A stretch of 63,704 nucleotides of DNA, filler included, from Licmophora abbreviata (Eukaryota): the NCBI GenBank assembly GCA_900291995.1. It is 13 parts of 13 records of this genome, joined end to end, with 100 filler letters (N's around TTAATTAATTAA, not from the genome) between each part and the next. Parts side by side here need not be neighbours in the genome. Positions count along the whole stretch, not along the records: positions 17,426 to 22,770 come from OLMU01006118.1; positions 22,871 to 24,285 come from OLMU01006119.1; positions 24,386 to 33,529 come from OLMU01006120.1; 10 more parts are not named here. One strand, given 5' to 3'. A model generated the notes under the pieces. That model was not told the DNA's origin. It saw only the letters and a program-made list of their open reading frames with translations, and made no database searches. Positions 20,697-31,264 of this stretch are shown piece by piece. Numbering within the stretch: position 1 is the stretch's first letter; every line of letters starts with the position of its first letter. The position numbers were made by a program, and so were the translations under genes.

Positions 20697-22736
20697 CTAG
20701 CTGGCAGGCGGTTCGGTGTAGTGTTGTTGACACCACTCCAGAAGCGCTGCGTCCTCCGCCTCGCTGTACGCCCGGTGGTCGTCGCGTCGGCGGCAGTCCG
20801 AGTTGCAGATGCCCTTCACGTGGTACGAAAGGCACGCCTCGGACCCATTCGCATTACGAGGAGGCCGGTTTCCCGAACCGGCCCGAGACAAGACCTCCAA
20901 GATTCGCACCGGCAGCATTCCAAACGGAGCGAAAACTGGGTTTAGAGCGGCGTTACGTACCGGACGAGATCGAGGCTCACCAGTGGCCGGGCTTTGGACT
21001 GGCGGCGTCCCGGCTGGAGCCGGCGCCGGGGCCGGCCCCCCCGTGGGGGCCGGGGCAGGTGGAGTCTCATAGAAACGGCCCGGCAGCGTGGGTTCCCACG
21101 CGGTCTGGAGCCGAATATCGTGGAGCAGACGAACAAAATCCGGTGCCGCCACTGCCGCGTTGGTTGTCGCCTGCTGGGCGAACCAAAGAGAGAGCCGTAG
21201 CTGCACCCAGCGCACCGTCAGGGCCGGCAACATGCCCGGGCTTCGCGTCCGGACGTTTAGTAGGTGCGCCTGGCTGGAGCCCCACGCCCGCCAGAACTGA
21301 TCGTAGGCCAGTACCAACGGGTGTGTGCTTGAGAGCAACACGTGTAAGGCGATCCGCGTGTTCGTGAAGCAGATGCTGCTCTCAGTGAGTGTCTGCGGTA
21401 GTTTGCCACTGACCGCCGAGTGGTTGAATGATGCCGCTTCCGCTAAGCTCGGTGCGCCTTGGCCCTGCTGCATCAGCTGGTAGCGCTCCACCAACTCGTA
21501 CGCGGCTGCACGCTCTACCGCGTTCTGGTAACCGAACGTGAAGCAGTGCAACCCCGTGGACAGATCCTCCTCGTTCGTCATCTCGAAGGCCAGATTGCGG
21601 ATCTTGGAGGTGATGTCTGGAGTGATAGGTACGTCGCTCCCCGGTAGGCCCAGCTGATCCTGAGCCATCGTGTTGAAAGCTTGCTGCAGGACTAGAATGT
21701 CCTGCTTCTTGGGGGACCTCGCTAGGTCCTTCCAGACCGCCGGGAGGCCCGCCTCGTCCGCCACCTGACAGACACGAAGTAACTTGGAGACTCCCACGGC
21801 CCCGAAGTACTTTGTCGGGGACTTGACGCTGTCGGCCAAGCGCGTGGCTAGGTCGGCCTGACGGCTGGCCCGATTGTCGGCCACCAGACTGTTCAACCCC
21901 GCCGCGATGGCGTTGCCCGCCGCCAACGTTGCACCTGCGCTGAGAGCGGGGAGATCCCGTGTGACGAGATCCCAACGCCTCTCGGTCAGCGCGGGTAGGG
22001 CTAGCGGCACCGTGGGCAAGGCCCTGCCTAGGCGTGACGCTGGAGCCCCAGGTTCACGAACCAGTGCAACCCGTAACCAGTCCATCACTGGCTTGCACAC
22101 CTCTTCGTTGCCGTCGTTGATGATGACGGCAGCGACTTGTTCCCAAGCCTCTCGCGGTGTAAGCGGCCCAGGTAACAGTAACTTCACGTAGCGAAACGGT
22201 AGCAATACCGTGTTTCGCACCCGGACGACTTCCGTGGCAGCATCATCCGGATCTGGGGGACCGAACAAGGTGAGGCCGGGATCGGCGAGCTCTTGATCGA
22301 TGGCCTCTCTGGTAGGGACTCGAACGCCTCCACCATTCACCTGATGGAAGCTAGTCGCTTCCCAGGCCACCGTGGGCGGTGCTTGGCCGCGTACCACATC
22401 GCCCACAAACGCAAACCCTTGCCCGTCGAACGGTGTTTCCCTTCCCAACTGCGGGTCGAACCGCTGCAGCCGATGGAAGGCCATGACCCGGCCTTCAGGG
22501 TGACCGGGCTCCGTAACCAACAGCAAGAACGCTTGTGGATCGACCGTCGCCGACTGATAGACCGCCGTGGCTATCGTGTGGGGAGGAGGTGCGCCGTGCA
22601 TGGGAACTACGAATGTTTCCATCATCCCAGCGTACGCCCCTCCCGCGTTGTCCTTAGAGTCATCGTTGTAGAAAGCAGTGTAATCCGAGAGCTGGACAGC
22701 TCCCGGATTCACCAGCGGCGGCGCGGGTACTTCCAT
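20697..22736 (-). CDS. gag-like ORF1 with C-terminal CCCH Zn finger
   Basis: 679 aa, immediately upstream of pol. A Pro-rich linker precedes CLSYHVKGICNSDCRRRDDH. Confidence 0.8.
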   Translation of the reverse strand: MEVPAPPLVNPGAVQLSDYTAFYNDDSKDNAGGAYAGMMETFVVPMHGAPPPHTIATAVYQSATVDPQAFLLLVTEPGHPEGRVMAFHRLQRFDPQLGRETPFDGQGFAFVGDVVRGQAPPTVAWEATSFHQVNGGGVRVPTREAIDQELADPGLTLFGPPDPDDAATEVVRVRNTVLLPFRYVKLLLPGPLTPREAWEQVAAVIINDGNEEVCKPVMDWLRVALVREPGAPASRLGRALPTVPLALPALTERRWDLVTRDLPALSAGATLAAGNAIAAGLNSLVADNRASRQADLATRLADSVKSPTKYFGAVGVSKLLRVCQVADEAGLPAVWKDLARSPKKQDILVLQQAFNTMAQDQLGLPGSDVPITPDITSKIRNLAFEMTNEEDLSTGLHCFTFGYQNAVERAAAYELVERYQLMQQGQGAPSLAEAASFNHSAVSGKLPQTLTESSICFTNTRIALHVLLSSTHPLVLAYDQFWRAWGSSQAHLLNVRTRSPGMLPALTVRWVQLRLSLWFAQQATTNAAVAAPDFVRLLHDIRLQTAWEPTLPGRFYETPPAPAPTGGPAPAPAPAGTPPVQSPATGEPRSRPVRNAALNPVFAPFGMLPVRILEVLSRAGSGNRPPRNANGSEACLSYHVKGICNSDCRRRDDHRAYSEAEDAALLEWCQQHYTEPPAS

Positions 22737-22870
22737 GACTTGGAAGGTCGGTGCTGCCGCTGAGGCACTTNNNNNNNNNNNNNNNNNNNNNNNNNNNNNN
22801 NNNNNNNNNNNNNNTTAATTAATTAANNNNNNNNNNNNNNNNNNNNNNNNNNNNNNNNNNNNNNNNNNNN

Positions 22871-25800
22871 AGCGTGAGTCAGTCTCCCAGCTCTGGTCCG
22901 TCTGCTAGTCCCAGTTTGAGTCAGGGGCCGAGTGAGTCGCCCAGCGAGGGCCCCAGTGCGAGCGGAGCGCCGAGCGGATCACCGAGCGATGCGCCCAGCG
23001 TGAGTTTGAGTCCCAGCGGCAGTCCGAGCGATGCTCCGAGTGCCAGCTCGCGGCCCAGCTCGCGTCCAAGCGCGTTGCTGTTCGCCGCGCACGTGGCCTC
23101 TCTGGGTCGGTACATATCCGAGCTGGACTACCACGGCCTGGCGACGTCGAACTTTCTGGAGGTCGTGGTCCCGAAGGGGACGGACACATCCCAGTTTTCC
23201 ATCGTGGTATACCACGAGAACGGCCGCGTGGCGGGCGCGTACTCTCTGGGCGAGGTGGTGAGCACCAACCTGGGCCAGGACGTGTACCTGCTGGACACGG
23301 AGTCTACTGCGAACTTTCCGGATCTGAGTGTTCTCGGTGCCGTGGCGCTGGTGAACGAGTGGGGCTCGGTTGAGCAATTCTTGGGCTTCAGCAACGAAGT
23401 CACGGCCGCTCAAGGCCCCGCCGCCGGGATGGCATCGCGACAGATCGGGCAGTCGTCTGGTTCCTTGGTGACGGACGACGGAGGCGTGACGTACTACCCG
23501 CTGGAGGAGTCTGCGTCGACGCCGGGCGAGGTGGACGAGCCGATCGCGCCGACGTCAGGCCCGAGCGACAGCCCCAGCGCGAGCATGGTGCCTAGTGTAT
23601 CTCCGAGTAGCGAGCCGAGCCTTTCGCCAAGCGCCGTCCCAAGCGCGGCCCCCAGCGAGAGCTCGGGCCCTAGCTCGATGCCGAGTGACGCCCCGAGCGT
23701 GAGCGGAGCGCCGAGTTCTGCTCCCAGCTCGAGTCCGAGCGTAAGTTCGGTCCCGAGCGCAGCTCCGAGCAGCCGACCGAGCGGCAGTGTAGCCCCCAGC
23801 TCGCTGCCTACGTCGATGCCAAGCGGCAGCCAACGGCCGAGTATCGCTCCGAGCTCGTCTCCGAGCGTGAGTGTAGCTCCGAGTGAGTTACCGTCGTCAG
23901 TGCCGAGCTCTAGCAGTGCTCCGAGCGACGTTCCCAGCGAAGAGCCGAGCAACCGTCCGAGCTCGCTGCCGAGTGCGATCCCCAGCGGTAGCGGAGCTCC
24001 GAGCGATGCGCCGAGCGCGGCCCCATCGAGCAGCGGTCGTCCCAGCGACGTTCCGAGTGGTGCTCCGAGCGGGAGCGGTCGGCCGAGTGTGGTGCCTAGC
24101 GCCATCCCGAGCTTGAGCCACTCCCCGAGTACTGTTCCGTCCGATAGGCCGTCCCTGAGTCAATCTCCGAGCTCGGAGCCGTCTGAGAGCCCAAGTTGGA
24201 GTCAATCTCCTAGCGGAAGTCCGAGTGCATCCCCCAGTGTGAGCAACCGTCCGAGCTCGTTGCCGAGTGCGATCCCCAGCGGTAGNNNNNNNNNNNNNNN
24301 NNNNNNNNNNNNNNNNNNNNNNNNNNNNNTTAATTAATTAANNNNNNNNNNNNNNNNNNNNNNNNNNNNNNNNNNNNNNNNNNNNTCAATCCCCGAGCTC
24401 TTTTCCGTCGGCGTTGCCTAGTGGCAGCGGGGCTCCGAGCATAACGCCAACATTTTCTTACGTTTCGTATGTACTCAACTTGGGAGCATACATATCTGAG
24501 GTTGACTACGTGGGGGGCATTGAGTCATCTTTTATTGAAGTGGCAGTTCCAATAGCCACTGACACCTCTGAGTATTCTGTCGTGGTATACGACGAGACGG
24601 GATATATGGATGGAATTTACTCTCTTGGTGAAGTTGTTGGATCAAACAATGAACAGGATGTGTACTTGCTGGACAAAGATGCATCGACATACCTTGGAGA
24701 TTTAAGTGAACTTCATGCACTTGCTCTTGTAAATGACACCGGTATTGTGGAACAATTCATTGGATTCAAAGGCGAGAGTGGAGTGACAGCCGTCGATGGC
24801 CCTGCGACCGGGATGACTTCGGTCCAGATTGGGGTTTCCTCAGGATCTTTGGTCACGAATGATGGAGGAGCTACATACTACCCAGTGGAGGAATCAGCAT
24901 CGACGCCTGGTGAAGTTTCTGATCCGCCTCATTCATCGCATCGAAGGCTTTTCAGTGATATAGCTCCCCAACGAAACATTCCTGACAAACCCTCCAATAC
25001 AGATGGTTTGGGCCAAGAGGAGCCTAGTACCGAACCTGCGGAAAGAGACTGTGAAATGGAATCCAAGATGGTTGATGTTCTTCCAATCAATAGTTCCAAA
25101 TGTAATAGTATTGAGCACTATCCGAAGCCGATACGCATCGTTTCTCAACACAATGAAACGGTGACGTTCACAGTATCTCAGGTATGGAAGGGCTGCGATC
25201 CGCGGTTCTATTGGGACTCGAAGAAAGTTGCTTTCCTTGCGTCTGATTTTGTCACCCTCGATGGGCAGCTTACGTGCCATCCCCATGAGGGTGTGCAGTG
25301 CGGCGTTGTGGAAACCTATACGAGTGAATGCACTGATGGGAAGGCAGTCGTTGACCTATGGGCGTATGATGTGGAGATATTTTCACAGAATGACCGTACG
25401 CCTGTGGAAATACCAAGAGAGTGCGCCGCTCCGTGGAAAGCCACTGGCTCAACTTACAACGCTTGCCTTCTCCGCTACGTCCTGCACTGTACTCCTAGTC
25501 TATGCCAAGAGGACCTAGAATCTCCAGCCGAGGTGGAAACAAACTTATGGGGGAAAATGGCGACCTTCTTCTGGAAGGATCCTGTACTCGACTTGTCCAG
25601 CACGCTCCACCCTCAACAGAAGACATCAGACATGGTGATGGAAGAAAGGCGTGACGCCATTGCCGCTTCTTCTTTAGATCGTACATCGACGAAAGAAACG
25701 GGTTTAACACTTCAGTGTGAATTGGACTCCAGAAGGAAAGATGTCTTTCCTGTGAACGTGGATGAATGTGCTGTGTCCAACATCGACACGCTACCAATCC

Positions 25801-26981
25801 ACATCATTTCCCAGGATGTCGTAAGTGCCTCTGTCAGCGTGAGTCAGATTTGGAAAGGATGCGACGCGAAGAATGGAATCGATACTGTAACCTTATTCGC
25901 TCCAGACTTCAAGGTGAACGACCAGCTCACATGCCACCCAATGGAAAATGTTGGATGTGGTATCGCCAGGAATGTCACGTTGGAATGCGGCAAGAATGGA
26001 CTTGCCTTGATCGATCTGTGGCTTTACGACGACCAGGAAGAACTATTTTTCCAAAGGGATGAGATGATTCACAGGATACCCGGACAATGTCGTCCGCCAG
26101 TTGAAGAAACAAACGCAATGTGTCATCTTCGCTATGCAGTACGGTGCACTCCAAGTCTGTGCAGGACTCCATGGCAAAAAATGCAGAAATACGTGGTTAA
26201 TCGCTGGGACGATATCTGGGATCCTGTCAAAAAGAGAAGCGACGCATTCGCGGAGAAGGCCAAAGAACTGGAAGCGCGGTTGGAGAAAGCGGGCAGACCC
26301 ATGAAACGAGCCCCCACCGCAACAGACAGACGCGAACAAGACGGCAACAAAGCAGGTATTGCAGCTGAAAGCAGGGAATCAGAGATATCAGTCACAAGAG
26401 AAAAAATTGACGCAGAACCCATGCGAGAATGCGAGAAGCAATCGAAAGTAATCGAGGTTCAGCACGACAACTCGAAGAACACGTGCGAACCGATTGAAAG
26501 ACACCCACGTCCCGTCACTATTATGTCGCAGAACGTTACGCATGTGACGTACTCGGTGTCCCAGGTGTGGAAGGGATGCAACCCACACCAGGCTCGAAAA
26601 GATGATAGAGTCATATTCTATGGTATCGACAAGGTTGGAATCGATGATCAGCTTTCCTGTGATGGCCACCATGATGTTGAGTGTGGTGAGGTTGCGAACT
26701 ATACCTCGCTGTGTAGTAACGGCACTGCCGTTGTGGATTTGTGGGTTCACGATGCTGAGCCTGGGTTGTTCAAACAGTTGGATGGAATAGGAGTGGCAAT
26801 CCCAGCTGAGTGTGGCGTGCCGTGGACCGCGGGCGTGGTGGGCCCAGTGTGTCGGTATCGGTTCGTACTGCAGTGCAAGCCGAATATTATCTGCCTTCTG
26901 GACGAGATGGAGGCGAAACTCCAGAAGCACTGGTTGTACCGCGCGGATCAATTGGTCAAGCGATTCGTCTCATGGTGGTGA
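22871..26981 (+). CDS. Large extracellular modular protein (5' end missing; spans gap 24286-24385): PSxxPS repeats, two lamin-tail-like domains, three Cys-rich domains
   Basis: Pro-Ser repeats are present on both sides of the gap. Domain YISE.DY.G...F.EV.VP..TDTS..S.VVY...GP..GM.S.QIG occurs at about 23111-23535 and 24489-24920. The repeat P(I/V).I.SQ....SQ(V/I)WKGC...CG...C...DLW..D...IP..C...C..R(Y/F)...C.P occurs three times. Confidence 0.8.
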
Positions 26982-28918
26982 AGACTTGTTAATACCATAC
27001 GTGTATTGTATGATAAGGGGAACTAACGAAGGAAAGAATCTTCCAAAATGCCCATGAACGGCTGCTCTCACTTTGAAGAGGACAACTCGAGATTGGGCTG
27101 ACGCCAGCCTTTCAACGTTTGCTGATCGACCTGAGCACTGTATCCCCTTGTACGAGCATGGTGCAATGCAAAGGCCCCATGAAACGAAGCGACTATTCTA
27201 CTACCGGTATCGGTACATTACGCATACCTTAGACGATGATTTGCCTAAAAGTATTGTTCTCTAGCTTTAGTTGGGCACCTCCCAATTAGTCAACCTCTCC
27301 CTTTCACACACTCGGTTCCCAACAGGATTCGATTTTTGATGCCAGTATTTGAGTCGGGTCCGAGTTTTGCGTAGCCGCAGGTACAAAAGCTACGTGGAGG
27401 GGACCGCCACCCGCTCGATCCGGCAACCGACGTCGGACAGACTGAGGTGAAGTGAAGCTTTTTTAGCTGGAGCTCGAGCTTTTGACAGCACAGGAAGCTT
27501 GTGCACGAGCTCGCAAGATTTTTGATGAATATGTTTTACCCCTTCGAGGATCTCCAAGGCCATGGAAAGTACTCCGTTCCCGTCTTTACTTTCACAAGTA
27601 CCTTAGGAAAAGTTATAAAAGTGAATAGGGATCGATTTCTGGGGCCCAACCAATATTTGCGAGGTCAGCTTCGAGCTATGATCGAACGGGTAGCTCGTAG
27701 CAATGCCTGGCGCGCCAGAATTTTCCAGATGGCGTCGGATGTTCCAATGACACGGAAACTTGCCACCGATGACACCGTGATCCCATCACATCAGCAAGAC
27801 GTGTTGCTGTCAAGAGTGCTACATACATTCTGTTACGCTACACGATGCCTCGGCTGCGGCACTCCTACAAGAGCGACAGCACAGCAGCACTGGCCAACAA
27901 CAAGAAGCTCAGCCACTCCGCAAGAGAAAGGAGAGCAGGTGAGACTCCGAAAGCGACGCAAGTAACAGAGTCAACGCCGCCAAGCTGCTCGTGCGCAAGG
28001 CCAAACAGCCCGAACTTATCCACAGCAGACGGTCTCGGAATGGCAAAAAGAGCGTCGTCGTGTCAAAACGATGGCTGCCACCGCCAATGCTCCTTTTCAG
28101 CCTGCTGCCCCACTTCCCGATCAAAAACGGCGCTTTGTCCTTCGCGAGGAAGCAAGCAGTGTATCGGATATGTCCTCCTCTGATCATCAGCGAAGCAACA
28201 AACGACCTTGCTCGGCTTCCATTCCACTTCTTCTCGCACCAGGGCTCTCTCCACCCAAATGTTGACCTCGTGTCGACCTCGTTCGTGCTGACTTATTCAA
28301 AGCATTACCCGCAGGGTAGTAGGGTCATGAAGCAAAATGTGCGGTGCCTGACCCTACTACAAAGTGTAACTTATTGCAATGATTGTTTAACAGTTAAGAT
28401 GAATTTTGATACGAGGTCCTTTGGGTAAGATCCAAGGAGCCAATCGAGACAGTTAAGTCCGGTTGGCAAAAAGTTCTCTACTAGGACGACGACGGTTACG
28501 AAAAGTTTGCCATGAAGAGTAGCAACCATCTTCAGTGCCAGCCCAGAAGGCAGGTGTAGAAGAGTGTCTGCTAGACGGATTGGCTGAGGGTGTCTTAGCT
28601 GCCGCAGCAGCTTGTCTGGCTTCGTCTTCTGTTGGACGACAGAAGTGAAGTCGACGACGTAGGAAGAGCGCGATGAGCGAGGAGAGTCGAGTGAGTCAGT
28701 CAAGTCAGTCAGTCGAGTGAGTCGAGTCGAACAGATACAGGTATCGTACAAACGTACAGACCGTTTTGGGGTTTTTGCTTCTGACATTGAGAGAGCAAGG
28801 AGCAAGAAGTATGATACCGTGCATGTCAGGCATGGAAATAAATGTTTGTTGTGATATGCAAATGGCCCCGACTGTACGACAGCGGCGGCATAGCTGCTAA
28901 TGCCTGAGCGTACACGGC

Positions 28919-30988
28919 ATGAACTATGCAGAGGATCGACGCGATCGTCGTGCGCGACGCGATGATGTAGAGTGTTGCTCGATGATGTCGACTGCTACCA
29001 GTAGCTACAGTGCGAGTAGTCCGCTGTATCACGACTATCAAGACGGCCTCCGAACTATCAGCAGTCCTAGGTCCTCGCAGCAAGCAGCAGGACACGAGCT
29101 TCAGGCAAGAACGCTTCGCGACGCTGGAAGGTCTCGTCAGGCTGTCTACCATTATGGGATGGCATGGATTGTGACAGAACACGATACTCGTTGTGAAGAC
29201 TCCCGGACGATGTCGTCGCAGAGGGCCGGAGATTACGCGCAAATGGCAGAGTTTGCTGGATTTCCCGATGTTGCGGCACTCGCTCTCTTGTATCATCGAG
29301 CTGGGGGGTCTCCGGGCAGAATAAAAAGGCTGACATCAGCAAGGTTCAACAACAACAACAACAGCGTCTCTTGGTGCAGTCCGAAAAGTCCTCAGTGGTT
29401 GATGGGATCTTCTTCACCACCAGCGGACGGGGAGGATGAGGATGAGCATGATGGACATTGTGGATGTGGATCCTGCGACTGTGGAGCGCATGCTTGTTAT
29501 ATTCCTTTTACAATCGATGAATTGGATCAATACTGCATCCTTGTGGCTCTGGACGCCTTCATCACCGACAGCACCAATAACAACAACGAGAAGCAAGACA
29601 TACCAAGCGCCTATTCCGTCTTGTCGTTTATTGGTAAACCGAATCTGCAGTTTGAGGACCGAGCCAACTTCCTGTCCGAAGATTTCGTCAATGTACACCC
29701 CCTGCTTGAGTTCTGGAACGACGGCAAGGATGCACGCTACCGGCCGCTTGAACCCGTGTTGCAGCTGCTTCTGACGAAACTCCTGTATGGAACGATACCA
29801 TCGCTGGCAACTCTGGCGGTTGCTCACTTGGCGCTCAATCATCGACTCGACACCGCTGGACCTTCTCGAAAATTGGCCGTCCGCACACAGTACAAGTCTC
29901 ACAACGCCTACCATATATTGATTGAAGCAGTTGTGCTCGGGACACGTATCAAGCCTCATCGTATTGCAGACTTGCCAGCCCATCACATACCAGTTTGGGA
30001 TATCGTTTGGAACGTTAACGCAAAGCAACAGACCAAGAACGACAAAGGATACGACAGCTCTAGTGTGCACAAGGCGGCAAACAGCAACGCCCACAATGAG
30101 CAATCATGGATTCAATGTGTGCGGCGGCGACTTGCGACGTGCTGTGAATCGCGTCTTCCTCGCTGCAATGGGAGTATAGGAAGCAATGAAGCTGAAGTTG
30201 CTACTCCGGTTCATCTACCACTCTCGCATCATCATACTGCTACCTCTCCGCAACCCCTCTATGTTGTTGGCGACTCGCACGTACTGTCGATTGCATGGCA
30301 GACACTCTTCTTGCGAGACGGTCAAACGAAGCAACACGATAGTTCTGCTACACCACGACTGCTGGTTCCGATGGTTGTGACGGGCCTCAAGGCATGGCAT
30401 ACACGCAAGAATACACCCTTCTTTACGCATTCACTCTTGCACACGTTACTTTCCCAGCAGTTTGCTTCTGGTATTTCTTCTAACAATGGAAAAAGGTCGA
30501 TACTGTTCTCCGCGGGGGAAATCGACTGCCGTGAAGGCATGGGAGGTCCTTTGTTGGAGGGGTACAGAAATGATCCTACGACGTATCTACCATTTATCCA
30601 AGACGCTGTATCCGAGTACGTCAAATCTCTGGTTGTTCTCGCGAGGCACTATTGTGTGCAAATCTTGGTCCTCCCGGTGGCACCGCACGCCTATCGCTCC
30701 ACGGGCAAGACAACTGGACGGAACTTTCGGCGGGTCGTCACGCACGAGTGGAACGAAGAGCTGCGTCGAAGACTGTCAGTCTCAGAACTGAACAGTAGCA
30801 GCGGCGACCTGCAACAAGTGTTCTTCTTAGATTATGTCTCCCACGTACAGCAAGAGAATGCAAGCAGTTCGGTGGGCTATGTGTTGAATCCAGTTTACAA
30901 TGCAGACTCTACGCACATGAACAGTGCGTTTCTTCCCCATCTGGAGCAAGCAATACTGGAGAGCGGGTGTGACTTGGAGCTACTGTAA
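28919..30988 (+). CDS. Hypothetical protein with C-terminal SGNH-like domain
   Basis: 689-aa ORF with LYVVGDSH (block I), GEIDCREG (block III-like) and DSTH (block V). Confidence 0.7.
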   Translation: MNYAEDRRDRRARRDDVECCSMMSTATSSYSASSPLYHDYQDGLRTISSPRSSQQAAGHELQARTLRDAGRSRQAVYHYGMAWIVTEHDTRCEDSRTMSSQRAGDYAQMAEFAGFPDVAALALLYHRAGGSPGRIKRLTSARFNNNNNSVSWCSPKSPQWLMGSSSPPADGEDEDEHDGHCGCGSCDCGAHACYIPFTIDELDQYCILVALDAFITDSTNNNNEKQDIPSAYSVLSFIGKPNLQFEDRANFLSEDFVNVHPLLEFWNDGKDARYRPLEPVLQLLLTKLLYGTIPSLATLAVAHLALNHRLDTAGPSRKLAVRTQYKSHNAYHILIEAVVLGTRIKPHRIADLPAHHIPVWDIVWNVNAKQQTKNDKGYDSSSVHKAANSNAHNEQSWIQCVRRRLATCCESRLPRCNGSIGSNEAEVATPVHLPLSHHHTATSPQPLYVVGDSHVLSIAWQTLFLRDGQTKQHDSSATPRLLVPMVVTGLKAWHTRKNTPFFTHSLLHTLLSQQFASGISSNNGKRSILFSAGEIDCREGMGGPLLEGYRNDPTTYLPFIQDAVSEYVKSLVVLARHYCVQILVLPVAPHAYRSTGKTTGRNFRRVVTHEWNEELRRRLSVSELNSSSGDLQQVFFLDYVSHVQQENASSSVGYVLNPVYNADSTHMNSAFLPHLEQAILESGCDLELL

Positions 30989-31264
30989 CTATGCATAGAC
31001 TACGGCGGTGGTAGAACAGCAGTAGTGTTTTGGATTGGGACGAGCACGAGTAGCTCATATGTTTGGAAGATTGGATACCAGGTACCGGAACATCACACAA
31101 GTGAAAATGTAAAATGTGAGCAACCTCGTGGCGCGCCGCATGTTCGATTTTTGGGGTGTTCGTATATATAGAAATCAATTTATATATTGGTGTCCGTTGG
31201 AAACGCGAGCGAGCCATCAGTGACACTTCAACCGCGCTCACACAACGCCTCCCAAACAAGGACG

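Larger units (their letters stand above)
17426..22770 (-). mobile_element. Tyrosine-recombinase retrotransposon (DIRS order, Ngaro/PAT-like); internal coding region intact, termini lost in the flanking gaps
   Basis: gag-like, RT/RNase H and YR ORFs lie in that order on one strand, with pol overlapping YR. The element fills a whole contig and is visibly more GC-rich than flanking host genes. Confidence 0.93.

Noticed and set aside
23494..24205. Antisense ORFs with LG/AR repeats
   Set aside because: They are shadows of the Pro-Ser repeat coding strand.
27501..28805. Several 100-150 aa ORFs and an AGTC-rich tract near 28685-28730
   Set aside because: There are no recognisable motifs or consistent gene structure, so a gene call cannot be supported.
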